Of a stretch of DNA of 64,000 bases, positions 21,258 to 33,147 are shown one piece after another. The notes below the pieces were generated by a model that saw only the letters and a program-made list of their open reading frames with translations, was not told where the DNA came from and did no database searches. Position 1 is the stretch's first letter; the number at the start of each line of letters is the position of its first letter. A program made the position numbers and the translations under genes. Source of the stretch: Burkholderiaceae bacterium (GTDB lineage: Bacteria; Pseudomonadota; Gammaproteobacteria; Burkholderiales; Burkholderiaceae_C); NCBI GenBank assembly GCA_041906185.1, contig JAYRJQ010000018.1, positions 14,336-78,335 of the forward strand. The letters are read 5' to 3'.

Positions 21258-23081
21258 TCACAGGTCCTCGGACCCCAGCAGCATTTCCGAAATGCCCTTG
21301 CCCGCCTTGACCATGGGCCAGACGTTCTCGGTCGGATCGGTGCGCACGTCGAGGAAGACGGTGCGGTCCTTCAGGCGCATGGCCTCGCGCAGGGCGGGCT
21401 CCACGTCGGACGGATGCTCGACGAGGATGCCCACATGCCCGTAGGCCTCCGCCAGCTTGACGAAGTTGGGCAGCGCATCCATGTAGCTGTGGGAGTAGCG
21501 ACCCTCGTAGTCGAGTTCCTGCCACTGCCGCACCATGCCCAGGTAGCGGTTGTTGAGGGAGACGATCTTGACCGGCGTCTTGTACTGCTGGCAGGTCGAG
21601 AGCTCCTGGATGCACATCTGGATCGAGCCTTCGCCGGTGATGCAGAACACATCCGACTCGGGCTTGGCCAGCTTGATGCCCATGGCGTAGGGCAGGCCCA
21701 CGCCCATGGTGCCCAGGCCGCCGGAATTGATCCAGCGGCGGGGTTCGTCGAACTTGTAGAACTGCGCCGCCCACATCTGGTGCTGGCCCACATCGGAGGT
21801 GATGTAGGTGTCGCGGTCGCGGGTGAGGTTCCACAGGGTCTCGACGACCATCTGCGGCTTGATGACCTCGCTGTCCCGCTTGTAGGACAGGCAGTCCTTG
21901 CGGCGCCAGTCATTGATCTGGCTCCACCAGGCGTTGATGGCGGCGCTGTCCGGGCGGGCCTGCGCTTCCTTGATCTGGTGGATCAGTTCCTGCAGCACGT
22001 CCTTGACGTCGCCGACGATGGGGATGTCCACCCGCACGCGCTTGGAGATCGACGAGGGGTCGATGTCCACGTGGATGATCTTGCGCTCGACCTGCGCGAA
22101 GTGCTTGGGATTGCCGATCACACGGTCATCGAAGCGCGCGCCCACGGCCAGCAGCACGTCGCAGTGCTGCATGGTCATGTTGGCCTCGTAGGTGCCATGC
22201 ATGCCCAGCATGCCCAGGAAGCGAGGGTCGGTGCCGGGCATGGAGCCCAGGCCCATCAGCGTGTTGGTGCAGGGGTAGCCCAGCAGATTGACCAGCTCGC
22301 GCAGCTCGGCGGTGGCCTCGCCCAGAATGACGCCGCCGCCCGTGTAGATGTAGGGGCGCTTGGCCGCCATCAGCAGCTGCACGGCCTTGCGGATCTGCCC
22401 CGAGTGCCCCTTCTTGACGGGGTTGTAGGAGCGCATCTCGACCGTGGCCGGGTAGCTGAAGTGGGTCTTGTTGAGGGAGACGTCCTTGGGGATGTCCACC
22501 ACCACGGGGCCGGGACGGCCGGTGCGGGCGATGTGGAAGGCCTTCTTGAGCGTGCTCGCGAGGTCGCGCACGTCCTTGACCAGGAAGTTGTGCTTGACGA
22601 TGGGACGGGTGATGCCCACGGTGTCGCACTCCTGGAAGGCGTCCAGGCCGATGGCGGGCGTCGGCACCTGGCCGGTCACGATCACCATGGGGATGGAGTC
22701 CATGTACGCCGTGGCGATGCCGGTGATGGCATTCGTGACGCCGGGACCGGAGGTCACCAGGGCCACGCCCACTTCGCCGGTGGCGCGTGCATAGCCATCA
22801 GCGGCATGCACGGCGGCCTGCTCGTGGCGCACCAGAACGTGTTGGATGGAGTCCTGCTTGTAGAGCGCGTCGTAGATGTAGAGGACGGCGCCGCCCGGAT
22901 AGCCCCAGAGGTACTTGACGCCCTCTGCTTGCAGACTACGGACCAGGATCTCGGAGCCGTTCAGCTCCGAAGCGGAATTTGAAGAATGCGGTTGTGCACG
23001 ACCATCGGTCGCTGCACGTTTGACGTCCGCGGCAGACATATCCATGTCGAACCTCTGTGAATTTCTCTGACGAAAAACCAT
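21258..23081 (-). CDS. ilvI: acetolactate synthase large (catalytic) subunit
   Basis: 607 aa. ThDP enzyme motifs are present (GYPGGAVLYIYDAL, GGLGTMGVGLPYAMG). AGGAG lies 5 nt upstream of the ATG at 23081. Confidence 0.95.
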   Translation of the reverse strand: MVFRQRNSQRFDMDMSAADVKRAATDGRAQPHSSNSASELNGSEILVRSLQAEGVKYLWGYPGGAVLYIYDALYKQDSIQHVLVRHEQAAVHAADGYARATGEVGVALVTSGPGVTNAITGIATAYMDSIPMVIVTGQVPTPAIGLDAFQECDTVGITRPIVKHNFLVKDVRDLASTLKKAFHIARTGRPGPVVVDIPKDVSLNKTHFSYPATVEMRSYNPVKKGHSGQIRKAVQLLMAAKRPYIYTGGGVILGEATAELRELVNLLGYPCTNTLMGLGSMPGTDPRFLGMLGMHGTYEANMTMQHCDVLLAVGARFDDRVIGNPKHFAQVERKIIHVDIDPSSISKRVRVDIPIVGDVKDVLQELIHQIKEAQARPDSAAINAWWSQINDWRRKDCLSYKRDSEVIKPQMVVETLWNLTRDRDTYITSDVGQHQMWAAQFYKFDEPRRWINSGGLGTMGVGLPYAMGIKLAKPESDVFCITGEGSIQMCIQELSTCQQYKTPVKIVSLNNRYLGMVRQWQELDYEGRYSHSYMDALPNFVKLAEAYGHVGILVEHPSDVEPALREAMRLKDRTVFLDVRTDPTENVWPMVKAGKGISEMLLGSEDL

Positions 23082-23130
23082 CGGTGCTCCTCTTCACACC
23101 CTTGTGAGGCGGATTCGGAACGTGCGCGGT

Positions 23131-23162
23131 CAAAAAACTCGGCGCCCCGGTCGGGCACCAGC
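23131..23162 (-). terminator. terminator-like hairpin plus T6 in the ilvI 5' leader
   Basis: The minus strand reads CTGGTGCCC-GACCG-GGGCGCCGAG followed by TTTTTT, about 50 nt upstream of the ilvI ATG. No minus-strand gene lies upstream for it to terminate. Confidence 0.4.
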
Positions 23163-23309
23163 TTGAGACCTTGGGAACTCATTGTGCGAAGCAACATTAT
23201 GCATGGAATTGGCGCTCTGGCTGGGGGTTTGACTCCAATTCGGGACGCAGTGACATAATCCGCGACGTTTTTCCCGCCGGCACTCCAGGCCGGGCGCACT
23301 GGATCCATC

Positions 23310-23876
23310 TTGGCGACAGACAAAGAACTCAACGATTTCCTGAAGAGCGTGGACCGGCGGGCCTTCAAGCGCACCGCCTACATGGTGCGCGACGACGATG
23401 CCGCCCTGGACATCGTCCAGGATTCCATGATCCGCCTGGCCGAGAAGTACTTCGACCGCCCGGCCGCCGAGCTGCCGATGCTCTTCCAGCGCATCCTGTC
23501 CAACGCCACGATGGACTGGTTCCGGCGCCAGAAGGTGCGCAACGCGGTCATGTTCAACCTGTCGGACGTCGAGGGCGCCGACCCGGATGACGACTTCGAC
23601 CTGCTGGAAACCCTCACCAGCAGCAACGGCGGGCTGGGTACGCTCAGCGCGGCGGACGAGGTCTCGCGCAGCCAGATCCTGCAGTCCATCGATGCCGAGG
23701 TGAGCCAGCTGCCGACACGTCAACGGGAAGCCTTCCTGCTGCGTTACTGGGAGGAGTTGGACGTCGCCGAGACGGCCAGCGTCATGGGTTGCTCGGAGGG
23801 AAGTGTGAAGACGCACTGCTCCCGGGCCGTTCACGCACTGGCAAAGGCGCTCAAAGCCAAGGGGATCACACTATGA
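23310..23876 (+). CDS. ECF-type RNA polymerase sigma factor
   Basis: 188 aa from a TTG start. Region 2 is ALDIVQDSMIRLAEKY...DWFRR and region 4 is LPTRQREAFLLRYWEELDVAETASVMGCSEGSVKTHCSRAVHAL. Confidence 0.9.
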   Translation: MATDKELNDFLKSVDRRAFKRTAYMVRDDDAALDIVQDSMIRLAEKYFDRPAAELPMLFQRILSNATMDWFRRQKVRNAVMFNLSDVEGADPDDDFDLLETLTSSNGGLGTLSAADEVSRSQILQSIDAEVSQLPTRQREAFLLRYWEELDVAETASVMGCSEGSVKTHCSRAVHALAKALKAKGITL

Positions 23877-24343
23877 ACAAGCACACGACGCCCGGGATGG
23901 ACGCAGACGCCGAGAACCGCGTGGCGGCCTATGGCAAGCGCGTGGCGGCCGGTCTGAGCCTGGCATCTGACGAGCTGCCCGTCGACATCACCGAACGCCT
24001 GCGCTTCGCGCGCGAGCAGGCGCTGCGCAAGGCCAAGGAGGCCCGCGCCGCCGCGCCGGTCACCGCCGAGCAGACCCTGCGCATGGGCAGCACCCTCGCC
24101 CTGCAGGGCGGCGAGCGCTCGCCCCGCTGGTTCAAGCTGGCCTCGCTGGGCCCCCTGCTCCTGTTGCTGCTGGGCCTGCTGCTGATCCAGCACAGCCAGT
24201 GGTACCAGCAGATCCTGGCCGCCGCCGAAGTCGACACGGCCATGCTGGCCAAGCCGCTGCCGCCCGCCGCCTACAGCGACCCGGGCTTCAAGGAATATCT
24301 GGATGAGAATCCGGACGAGCAACAAGAACGACACGAAGAGTGA
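23873..24343 (+). CDS. DUF3619-like single-pass membrane protein (putative anti-sigma partner)
   Basis: ATGA overlap with the sigma gene stop. The 156-aa protein has one central TM (LASLGPLLLLLLGLLLI). The family name is recalled from the conserved betaproteobacterial neighbourhood and is not verified. Confidence 0.6.
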   Translation: MNKHTTPGMDADAENRVAAYGKRVAAGLSLASDELPVDITERLRFAREQALRKAKEARAAAPVTAEQTLRMGSTLALQGGERSPRWFKLASLGPLLLLLLGLLLIQHSQWYQQILAAAEVDTAMLAKPLPPAAYSDPGFKEYLDENPDEQQERHEE

Positions 24344-24353
24344 CCGCCCGCCC

Positions 24354-25184
24354 ATGACGCCTGCGCTGAACGTCCGACGCCCGCTCGCCCTGCTGCTGAT
24401 CCCGGCACTGCTGAGCACCGCCCACGCCCAGCCCAGCGAAGCGTCTCCCCCCGCCGCCGCGGCGAGTGCCCTCGCCCCGGCCGCCTCCACGCCCGCCGCC
24501 CTGCCCCAGGCGGCCAAGCCCCTGCCCGCCGCCAGCCTGGTCGGCGGTCAGCGCTGGGCCAGCCTGAGCCCGGCCCAGCAGACGGTGCTCGCCCCGCTGG
24601 CCCAGGAATGGGACGGCCTCGATGCCGCGCGCAAGAGCAAGTGGCTGGAGATCGCCGCCCGCTTCCACACCCTCACGCCCGAGCAGCAGTCGCGCCTGCG
24701 CGAGCGCATGATCGAGTGGACCCGCATGAGCCCCACGGAACGCCAGCAGGCGCGCGTGGGCTTCCAGTCCAACCCCCAGCTGCGGGACGACAAGCTCCAG
24801 TCGGAGAAGCTGCAGTCGAAGTGGCAGGCCTACCAGGCGCTGACGCCTGAAGAGCGTCAGGCCCTGGCCCAGAAGGGCGCCGAGAAGGCCGCGCAGAAGC
24901 ACCCGGGCGGCAAGGCCGCCGCCGAGGCTTCGAAACCGCTGAACGGCACCAAGTCCAGCTTCGTGCCGCAGAAGCCGGCCGCCGCCCCAGTGGCCGTCGC
25001 GCCCTCGGTGCTGCAGGCCAAGCCCGGGGTGACGACGGTCCTGATCACCCAGGGCCGCCCGGTCGCAGGCAGCCGCCCCGCCGGACGCGGCAAGCTGGTG
25101 GTCGACCCTGCCCTCGTCGATCCCAAGACCCTGCTGCCGCGCGTGCCGCAGGCCGCCCCCGCAGCCTCCGCCAGCAGCCGCTGA
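24354..25184 (+). CDS. secreted DUF3106-like repeat protein
   Basis: It starts 11 nt after the previous stop. The signal peptide is MTPALNVRRPLALLLIPALLSTAHA. Four L(S/T)P(A/E/T)(Q/E)(Q/R) helix-repeat units are present (SLSPAQQ, TLTPEQQ, RMSPTERQQ, ALTPEERQ). Confidence 0.6.
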   Translation: MTPALNVRRPLALLLIPALLSTAHAQPSEASPPAAAASALAPAASTPAALPQAAKPLPAASLVGGQRWASLSPAQQTVLAPLAQEWDGLDAARKSKWLEIAARFHTLTPEQQSRLRERMIEWTRMSPTERQQARVGFQSNPQLRDDKLQSEKLQSKWQAYQALTPEERQALAQKGAEKAAQKHPGGKAAAEASKPLNGTKSSFVPQKPAAAPVAVAPSVLQAKPGVTTVLITQGRPVAGSRPAGRGKLVVDPALVDPKTLLPRVPQAAPAASASSR

Positions 25185-25186
25185 CC

Positions 25187-25702
25187 ATGGACGTGCAGAC
25201 CCCGCAGCAGGCGCCGAGCCTGTGGCGCCGCATGGCGTCCTTCGTCTATGAGGGCGTTGTCCTCTTCGGCGTGACCTTCATCTCCGGCTACCTCTTCAGT
25301 GCGCTCACGCAGCAGCGCAGCGCCCTTGTGGGCAAGGCCGGCCTCCAGGCCTTTGAATTCGTGGTCCTGGGCATCTACTTCATCTGGTTCTGGACCCATG
25401 GCGGCCAGACCGTGGCGATGAAGTCCTGGCATCTGCGCGTGGTCGACGAGGCCGGCGCCCCGATCGGCCAATGGCGCGCCCTCGCCCGCTACCTGCTGGC
25501 CTGGCTGTGGTTCCTCCCGGCGCTGGTGTCGGTGGAGCTGGCCGGCCTGCACAGCGGCGGTGCCATCTTCGGCGCGCTGCTGGCCGGCGTGGCGGCCTAT
25601 GTGCTCCTGGCCCGCCTGCATCCCTCGCGCCAATTCCTGCACGACGTGCTGTGCCGCACGAAGGTCGTGACACAGCTACCCACGCCGCGCCAGAAGCCAT
25701 GA
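25187..25702 (+). CDS. RDD-family membrane protein
   Basis: 171 aa, starting 3 nt after the previous stop. It has three predicted TM helices. The RDD-type layout is assigned from memory. Confidence 0.6.
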   Translation: MDVQTPQQAPSLWRRMASFVYEGVVLFGVTFISGYLFSALTQQRSALVGKAGLQAFEFVVLGIYFIWFWTHGGQTVAMKSWHLRVVDEAGAPIGQWRALARYLLAWLWFLPALVSVELAGLHSGGAIFGALLAGVAAYVLLARLHPSRQFLHDVLCRTKVVTQLPTPRQKP

Positions 25703-26076
25703 GCAACCCCCACAAGGGCCGCACTGGCCTGGACCGCATCCTGCATGCCGCCGGCTACTCCTGGGCCGGCCTGCGCGCCGCCTACTCCGGCGAGAGCGCC
25801 TTCCGCCAGGAGGTGTGGCTGTGCGTGGTCGCGGTGCCGCTGGCCCTGTGGCTCGGGCAGGGCTGGGTGGAAACCGCCCTGCTGCTGGGCTCGCTGCTGC
25901 TCGTGCTCATCGTGGAGCTGCTGAACTCGGGCATCGAGGCCGCCATCGACCGCGTGGGCTTCGAGCTGCACGACCTGTCCAAGCGCGCCAAGGACCTCGC
26001 CAGCGCGGCGGTCCTGCTCTCCCTCGTGCTGTGCGCCGGGGTCTGGGGCGCGGCGGCCTGGCACCGCTTCTGCTGA
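25699..26076 (+). CDS. dgkA: diacylglycerol kinase
   Basis: ATGA overlap with the RDD gene stop. The 125-aa protein contains FRQEVWL...ELLNSGIEAAIDRV...AKDLASAAV, typical of prokaryotic DgkA. Confidence 0.9.
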   Translation: MSNPHKGRTGLDRILHAAGYSWAGLRAAYSGESAFRQEVWLCVVAVPLALWLGQGWVETALLLGSLLLVLIVELLNSGIEAAIDRVGFELHDLSKRAKDLASAAVLLSLVLCAGVWGAAAWHRFC

Positions 26077-26096
26077 CTCGCCGGACACCCAAAGCA

Positions 26097-26120
26097 AAGG
26101 GCGCCTCGCGAGGCGCCCTT
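26097..26120. terminator. perfect hairpin between convergent dgkA and glnB
   Basis: AAGGGCGCCT-CGCG-AGGCGCCCTT, a 10-bp stem with a 4-nt loop. The U-tracts are weak. Confidence 0.5.
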
Positions 26121-26154
26121 CTTCATGGCGGGTCGGATGCCTGGCGCGGCCGGA

Positions 26155-28581
<2,427 letters not shown>

Positions 28582-28678
28582 GGCCTGCATCCTGCCACCA
28601 TTTGCTCCTGACGTTGAGCGCCGGGCAAATCCCTGCGCGCCCGCGGCCGACGCCCCTCGCCCTAAGATCGCCGCCACC

Positions 28679-29848
28679 ATGCCCGACCGCCCGCCCCTTG
28701 AGGTCCGGATCGACGACGATCCCGGCCGTTTGCCCGCCGATGCCTGGAACGCCCTGTTGGCCGCCAGCCCGCAACCGACGCCCTTCATGCGGCACGAGTA
28801 CCTCCAGGCCCTGCACGACTCGGGCTCGGCGGTCACCGAACGGGGCTGGACGCCTCGCTTCCTGAGCCTGTGGGATGGCGAGGCGCTCGTGGCTGCGTGC
28901 CCGACCTACCTCAAGGACCATTCCTACGGCGAGTACGTGTTCGACTGGGCCTGGGCCGATGCCTACGCCCGTCACGGCCTGGCCTATTACCCCAAGCTGC
29001 TGGTGGCCGTGCCCTTCACGCCGGTGCCCGGCAGCCGGCTCCTCGCGCGCGACGCCATCACCCGCGCGGCATTGATCCAGGCCCTCCAGGCGCATGCGCA
29101 GGCGCAGGCGCTCTCGTCCGCCCACGTGCTCTTCCCCACCGCCGAGGAGCAGCGCGCGCTGCTCGACGCCGGCTGGCTGGCCCGCAGCGGCGTGCAGTTC
29201 CACTGGGAGGCCGACCCCGAGCCGCCCGCCAGCTTCGAGGCCTTTCTCGCGAGCCTGCAGCGGGACAAGCGCAAGAAGATCCAGCAGGAGCAGCGCCGCG
29301 TGCGCGAGGCGGGCGTCCGCTACCGGGTCCTCCTGGGCGACGAAATCGGCGAGGAGGACTGGGACTTCTTCCACCGCTGCTACCGCCAGACCTACGCCGA
29401 ACACCGCAGCACGCCGTACCTGAGCCGCGACTTCTTCCGCCGCATGGCCGGCACGATGGCGCGCCACTGGCTGCTCTTCATCGCCGAGGTGGACGGCCAG
29501 CCCGCGGCCTGCTCCCTCATCGCGCTGGATCCGGACCGGCGTGCGGCCTACGGGCGCTATTGGGGCAGCCTCGTCGACATCTCCTGCCTGCACTTCGACG
29601 CCTGCTACTACCAGCCCCTGGCCTGGTGCATGGCTCACGGCTACCGGCGCTTCGAGGGCGGTGCGCAGGGCGAGCACAAGCTGGCGCGCGGCCTCCTGCC
29701 GGTCGGGACGCAATCCGCCCACTGGCTGGCCCATCCCGACTTCCGCGACGCGGTGGCCGACTATCTTGCCCGCGAAAGCCCGGCCATCGCCGGCTATGCC
29801 GAGGACCTGCGGGCCCACCAGCCCTTCCGGCGTGGCGCCCTCCCCTGA
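28679..29848 (+). CDS. DUF482/FemAB-like GNAT-fold protein of unknown function
   Basis: 389 aa from MPDRPPLEV. The motifs [15 protein letters not shown] and GEHKLARG are recalled from COG3146-type proteins. The function is unknown. Confidence 0.6.
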   Translation: MPDRPPLEVRIDDDPGRLPADAWNALLAASPQPTPFMRHEYLQALHDSGSAVTERGWTPRFLSLWDGEALVAACPTYLKDHSYGEYVFDWAWADAYARHGLAYYPKLLVAVPFTPVPGSRLLARDAITRAALIQALQAHAQAQALSSAHVLFPTAEEQRALLDAGWLARSGVQFHWEADPEPPASFEAFLASLQRDKRKKIQQEQRRVREAGVRYRVLLGDEIGEEDWDFFHRCYRQTYAEHRSTPYLSRDFFRRMAGTMARHWLLFIAEVDGQPAACSLIALDPDRRAAYGRYWGSLVDISCLHFDACYYQPLAWCMAHGYRRFEGGAQGEHKLARGLLPVGTQSAHWLAHPDFRDAVADYLARESPAIAGYAEDLRAHQPFRRGALP

Positions 29849-29863
29849 TCCCGGCCGCCCATG

Positions 29864-29896
29864 AAAAACGCCGCCGGGGCGGGGCCGCGGCGGCGT
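29864..29896 (-). terminator. ppa terminator
   Basis: The minus strand reads ACGCCGCCG-loop-CGGCGGCGT followed by TTTTT. Confidence 0.6.
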
Positions 29897-29945
29897 CGAT
29901 GCGATCACGAGCGACCGCAGGGGGTCAGCTCTTGCCTCGCAGGGC

Positions 29946-30485
29946 TTACTTCTGCTGCGCCTTGGCGTAGTTGTCGATGCCGGCCTGCACTTCGGCCTTG
30001 GCGGCGTCCGGGCCTTGCCAGCCCTTGACCTTGACCCACTTGCCGGGCTCGAGGTCCTTGTAGTGCTCGAAGAAGTGCTGGATGGAGTTCAGACGCATCG
30101 GGTTCACGTCCTCCGGCGAGTGCCAGCGGTCGTACAGCGGCAGGATCTTGGTGGTCGGGACGGCCAGCAGCTTGGCATCGCCACCCGCCTCGTCGTCCAT
30201 CATCAGCACGCCGATCGGGCGGCAGGTCACCACCACGCCCGGGGTCAGCGGGAAGGGCGTCACCACCAGCACGTCCACGGGGTCCCCGTCATCCGACAGC
30301 GTCTGGGGGATGTAGCCGTAGTTGCACGGATAGTGCATGGCGGTGGTCATGAAACGGTCCACGAACAGGGCACCGGTTTCCTTGTCCACCTCGTACTTGA
30401 TCGGGTCGGCGTTCATCGGGATCTCGATGATCACGTTGAATTGCTCAGGCGCCTTGGGGCCGGGGGTCACGTTGTGCAGGCTCAT
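29946..30485 (-). CDS. ppa: soluble inorganic pyrophosphatase (family I)
   Basis: [23 protein letters not shown]...[19 protein letters not shown], the canonical family I PPase. Confidence 0.95.
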   Translation of the reverse strand: MSLHNVTPGPKAPEQFNVIIEIPMNADPIKYEVDKETGALFVDRFMTTAMHYPCNYGYIPQTLSDDGDPVDVLVVTPFPLTPGVVVTCRPIGVLMMDDEAGGDAKLLAVPTTKILPLYDRWHSPEDVNPMRLNSIQHFFEHYKDLEPGKWVKVKGWQGPDAAKAEVQAGIDNYAKAQQK

Positions 30486-30748
30486 GGTCTTGTCTTTAGT
30501 CAACGAAAGGGGTCCGCGCGCAGGTCACGGGGAAACCCGGATTCTACCGGCGCCCTGATCTCAGCCTGACACAGGCATGCCGGCTGCCTGGAGTCGTGCG
30601 TCAAGGCTTTTCCGGCAACCACTGGTAAACGATCAATCTTTCGGCACTTCCACTCGCATAGCATGCCCCGGCGGACCTGTGGAACAGCGGGCTGGACTGA
30701 CGTTGAGAAGCAGGCTCTTTTTCAAACGGCAGAGACAACGAAGGAGAC

Positions 30749-32974
30749 ATGTTCATGTCGACGAGTGTGGCGCTGTATTTCGCGCTGGCCTGCGGCCTGG
30801 CCGCGGTCATCTATGGTTTCATTCAACGCAGCTGGATCCTGAGCCAGGACGCCGGCAATGCCCGGATGCAGGAGATCGCCGCGGCGATCCAGCAGGGCGC
30901 GGCGGCCTACCTGGGCCGCCAGTACCGCACGATCGCGGTGGTGGGCGTGGTGCTGGCCATCGCCATCGCCGTGGTCCCCGGCCTGGGCCTGCAGACGGCC
31001 ATGGGCTTTGTCATCGGGGCGGTGCTCTCGGGCATCTGCGGCTTCATCGGCATGAACATCTCGGTGCGCGCCAACGTGCGCACCGCGCAGGCCGCCACCA
31101 AGGGCATGGGCCCGGCCCTGAACGTCGCCTTCAAGGGCGGCGCCATCACGGGCATGCTGGTCGTGGGCCTGGGCCTGATCGGCGTGGGCGGTTTCTACTA
31201 CGCCATCACCGGTGGCACCGGCGCCACGAGCGAGGCCCTGAAGCCCATGCTCGGCCTGGCCTTCGGCTCCTCGCTGATCTCCATCTTCGCGCGCCTGGGC
31301 GGCGGCATCTTCACCAAGGGCGCTGACGTCGGCGCCGACCTGGTGGGCAAGGTCGAGGCCGGCATTCCCGAGGACGACCCGCGCAACCCGGCCGTGATCG
31401 CCGACAACGTGGGTGACAACGTCGGCGACTGCGCCGGCATGGCGGCCGACCTCTTCGAGACCTATGCCGTGACCCTGATCGCCGCGATGGCGCTGGGCGC
31501 GCTGATGGTGATGGGCCCCGCGGCCCATGCCGGCGTGATCTACCCGCTGGCCCTGGGCGGCGTGTCCATCATCGCCTCCATCATCGGCTGCGGCTTCGTC
31601 AAGGCCAGCGAGGGCATGAAGAACGTGATGCCCGCGCTGTACAAGGGCCTGATCGTGGCCGGCGTGCTGAGCCTGATCGCCTTCTTCTTCGTCACGCGGG
31701 CCATGTTCCCCGGCGAGGTCGAGCTCTCCGGCGGTCTCAAGACCGACGCCATGGGCCTCTTCGGCGCCTGCGCCGTGGGCCTGGTGCTGACGGCGGCGAT
31801 GGTCTGGATCACCGAGTACTACACCGGCACGCAGTACCACCCGGTGCAGCACGTCGCGCAGGCCTCCACGACCGGCCACGGCACCAACATCATCGCGGGC
31901 CTGGGCGTCTCGATGAAGTCCACCGGCTGGCCGGTGATCTTCGTCTGCGCGGCCATCTACACCGCCTTCAAGCTGGCCGGCCTGTACGGCATCGCCGTCG
32001 CGGCGACGTCCATGCTGTCGATGGCCGGCATCGTGGTGGCCCTCGACGCCTACGGCCCCATCACCGACAACGCCGGCGGCATCGCCGAGATGAGCGATCT
32101 GCCCGACAGCGTGCGCGACATCACCGACCCGCTGGACGCCGTGGGCAACACGACCAAGGCCGTGACCAAGGGCTACGCCATCGGCTCCGCCGGCCTGGCC
32201 GCGCTGGTGCTGTTCGCCGACTACACGCACGCCCTCGAAGCGCGCGGCATGCACCTGCGCTTCGACCTGTCCGACCACACGGTGATCCTCGGCCTCTTCA
32301 TCGGCGGCCTGATCCCCTACCTCTTCGGTGCGATGGCCATGGAGGCCGTTGGCCGCGCCGCCGGCTCGGTGGTGGTGGAGGTGCGCCGGCAGTTCAAGGA
32401 GATCCCCGGCATCATGGAAGGCACGGCCAAGCCCGAGTACGGCGCGGCGGTCGACATGCTCACCACCGCGGCCATCAAGGAAATGATCGTGCCCTCGCTG
32501 CTGCCGGTGGCCGCGCCCATCATCGTGGGCATGACCCTGGGCCCGGCCGCGCTGGGTGGCGTGCTGATGGGCACCATCGTGACGGGCCTCTTCGTGGGCA
32601 TCTCGATGTGCACCGGCGGCGGCGCCTGGGACAACGCCAAGAAGCTGATCGAGGAAGGCTTCAAGGACGACAAGGGCGTCGTGCACCGCAAGGGCTCGGA
32701 CGCGCACAAGGCGGCCGTCACGGGCGACACCGTGGGTGACCCCTACAAGGACACCGCCGGCCCGGCCGTGAACCCCTTGATCAAGATCATCAACATCGTG
32801 GCCCTGCTGATCGTGCCGCTGCTGCCCATGACCCCGGGCACCGCCAAGCCGATGGAAGCCGCCCCGGCCGCCGTCACCGCCCCGGCGCCGGCCGCCTCGG
32901 AGGCCGCTGCCATGGCCTCCGCGCCCCACGCGGCCGCCTCGGCAGCGGACATGGCCTCGGGCGCCAAGCCCTGA
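30749..32974 (+). CDS. hppA: membrane-bound proton-translocating pyrophosphatase
   Basis: 741 aa with about 16 TM helices and motifs [20 protein letters not shown] and [19 protein letters not shown]. The AGGAG spacing favours the second ATG at 30755. Confidence 0.95.
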   Translation: MFMSTSVALYFALACGLAAVIYGFIQRSWILSQDAGNARMQEIAAAIQQGAAAYLGRQYRTIAVVGVVLAIAIAVVPGLGLQTAMGFVIGAVLSGICGFIGMNISVRANVRTAQAATKGMGPALNVAFKGGAITGMLVVGLGLIGVGGFYYAITGGTGATSEALKPMLGLAFGSSLISIFARLGGGIFTKGADVGADLVGKVEAGIPEDDPRNPAVIADNVGDNVGDCAGMAADLFETYAVTLIAAMALGALMVMGPAAHAGVIYPLALGGVSIIASIIGCGFVKASEGMKNVMPALYKGLIVAGVLSLIAFFFVTRAMFPGEVELSGGLKTDAMGLFGACAVGLVLTAAMVWITEYYTGTQYHPVQHVAQASTTGHGTNIIAGLGVSMKSTGWPVIFVCAAIYTAFKLAGLYGIAVAATSMLSMAGIVVALDAYGPITDNAGGIAEMSDLPDSVRDITDPLDAVGNTTKAVTKGYAIGSAGLAALVLFADYTHALEARGMHLRFDLSDHTVILGLFIGGLIPYLFGAMAMEAVGRAAGSVVVEVRRQFKEIPGIMEGTAKPEYGAAVDMLTTAAIKEMIVPSLLPVAAPIIVGMTLGPAALGGVLMGTIVTGLFVGISMCTGGGAWDNAKKLIEEGFKDDKGVVHRKGSDAHKAAVTGDTVGDPYKDTAGPAVNPLIKIINIVALLIVPLLPMTPGTAKPMEAAPAAVTAPAPAASEAAAMASAPHAAASAADMASGAKP

Positions 32975-33036
32975 CCGCCCTGGGCAGGCAAGGCCTGGCC
33001 CCGTCCGCGGGATCAGGTTTACCCGAATCCAGGCAA

Positions 33037-33064
33037 AAGAGCTCGCATCGGCGAGCTCTTTTTC
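33037..33064 (+). terminator. hppA intrinsic terminator
   Basis: AAGAGCTCGC-ATCG-GCGAGCTCTT followed by TTT(C). The 10-bp stem is perfect. Confidence 0.75.
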
Positions 33065-33147
33065 ATTGGCGGGCGCCGCGCTCGGGCCACAATAGCGTTC
33101 AGTATCTTCGTGAGTAGTGACACCTGACGCCCCCGCCCCGTTCTGCC

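Noticed and set aside
23130-23204. Mini-ORF MHNVASHNEFPRSQAGARPGRRVF, considered as an ilv leader peptide.
   Set aside because: It contains no run of Ile, Leu or Val codons, so it does not support classical branched-chain attenuation even though it ends in the T-tract.
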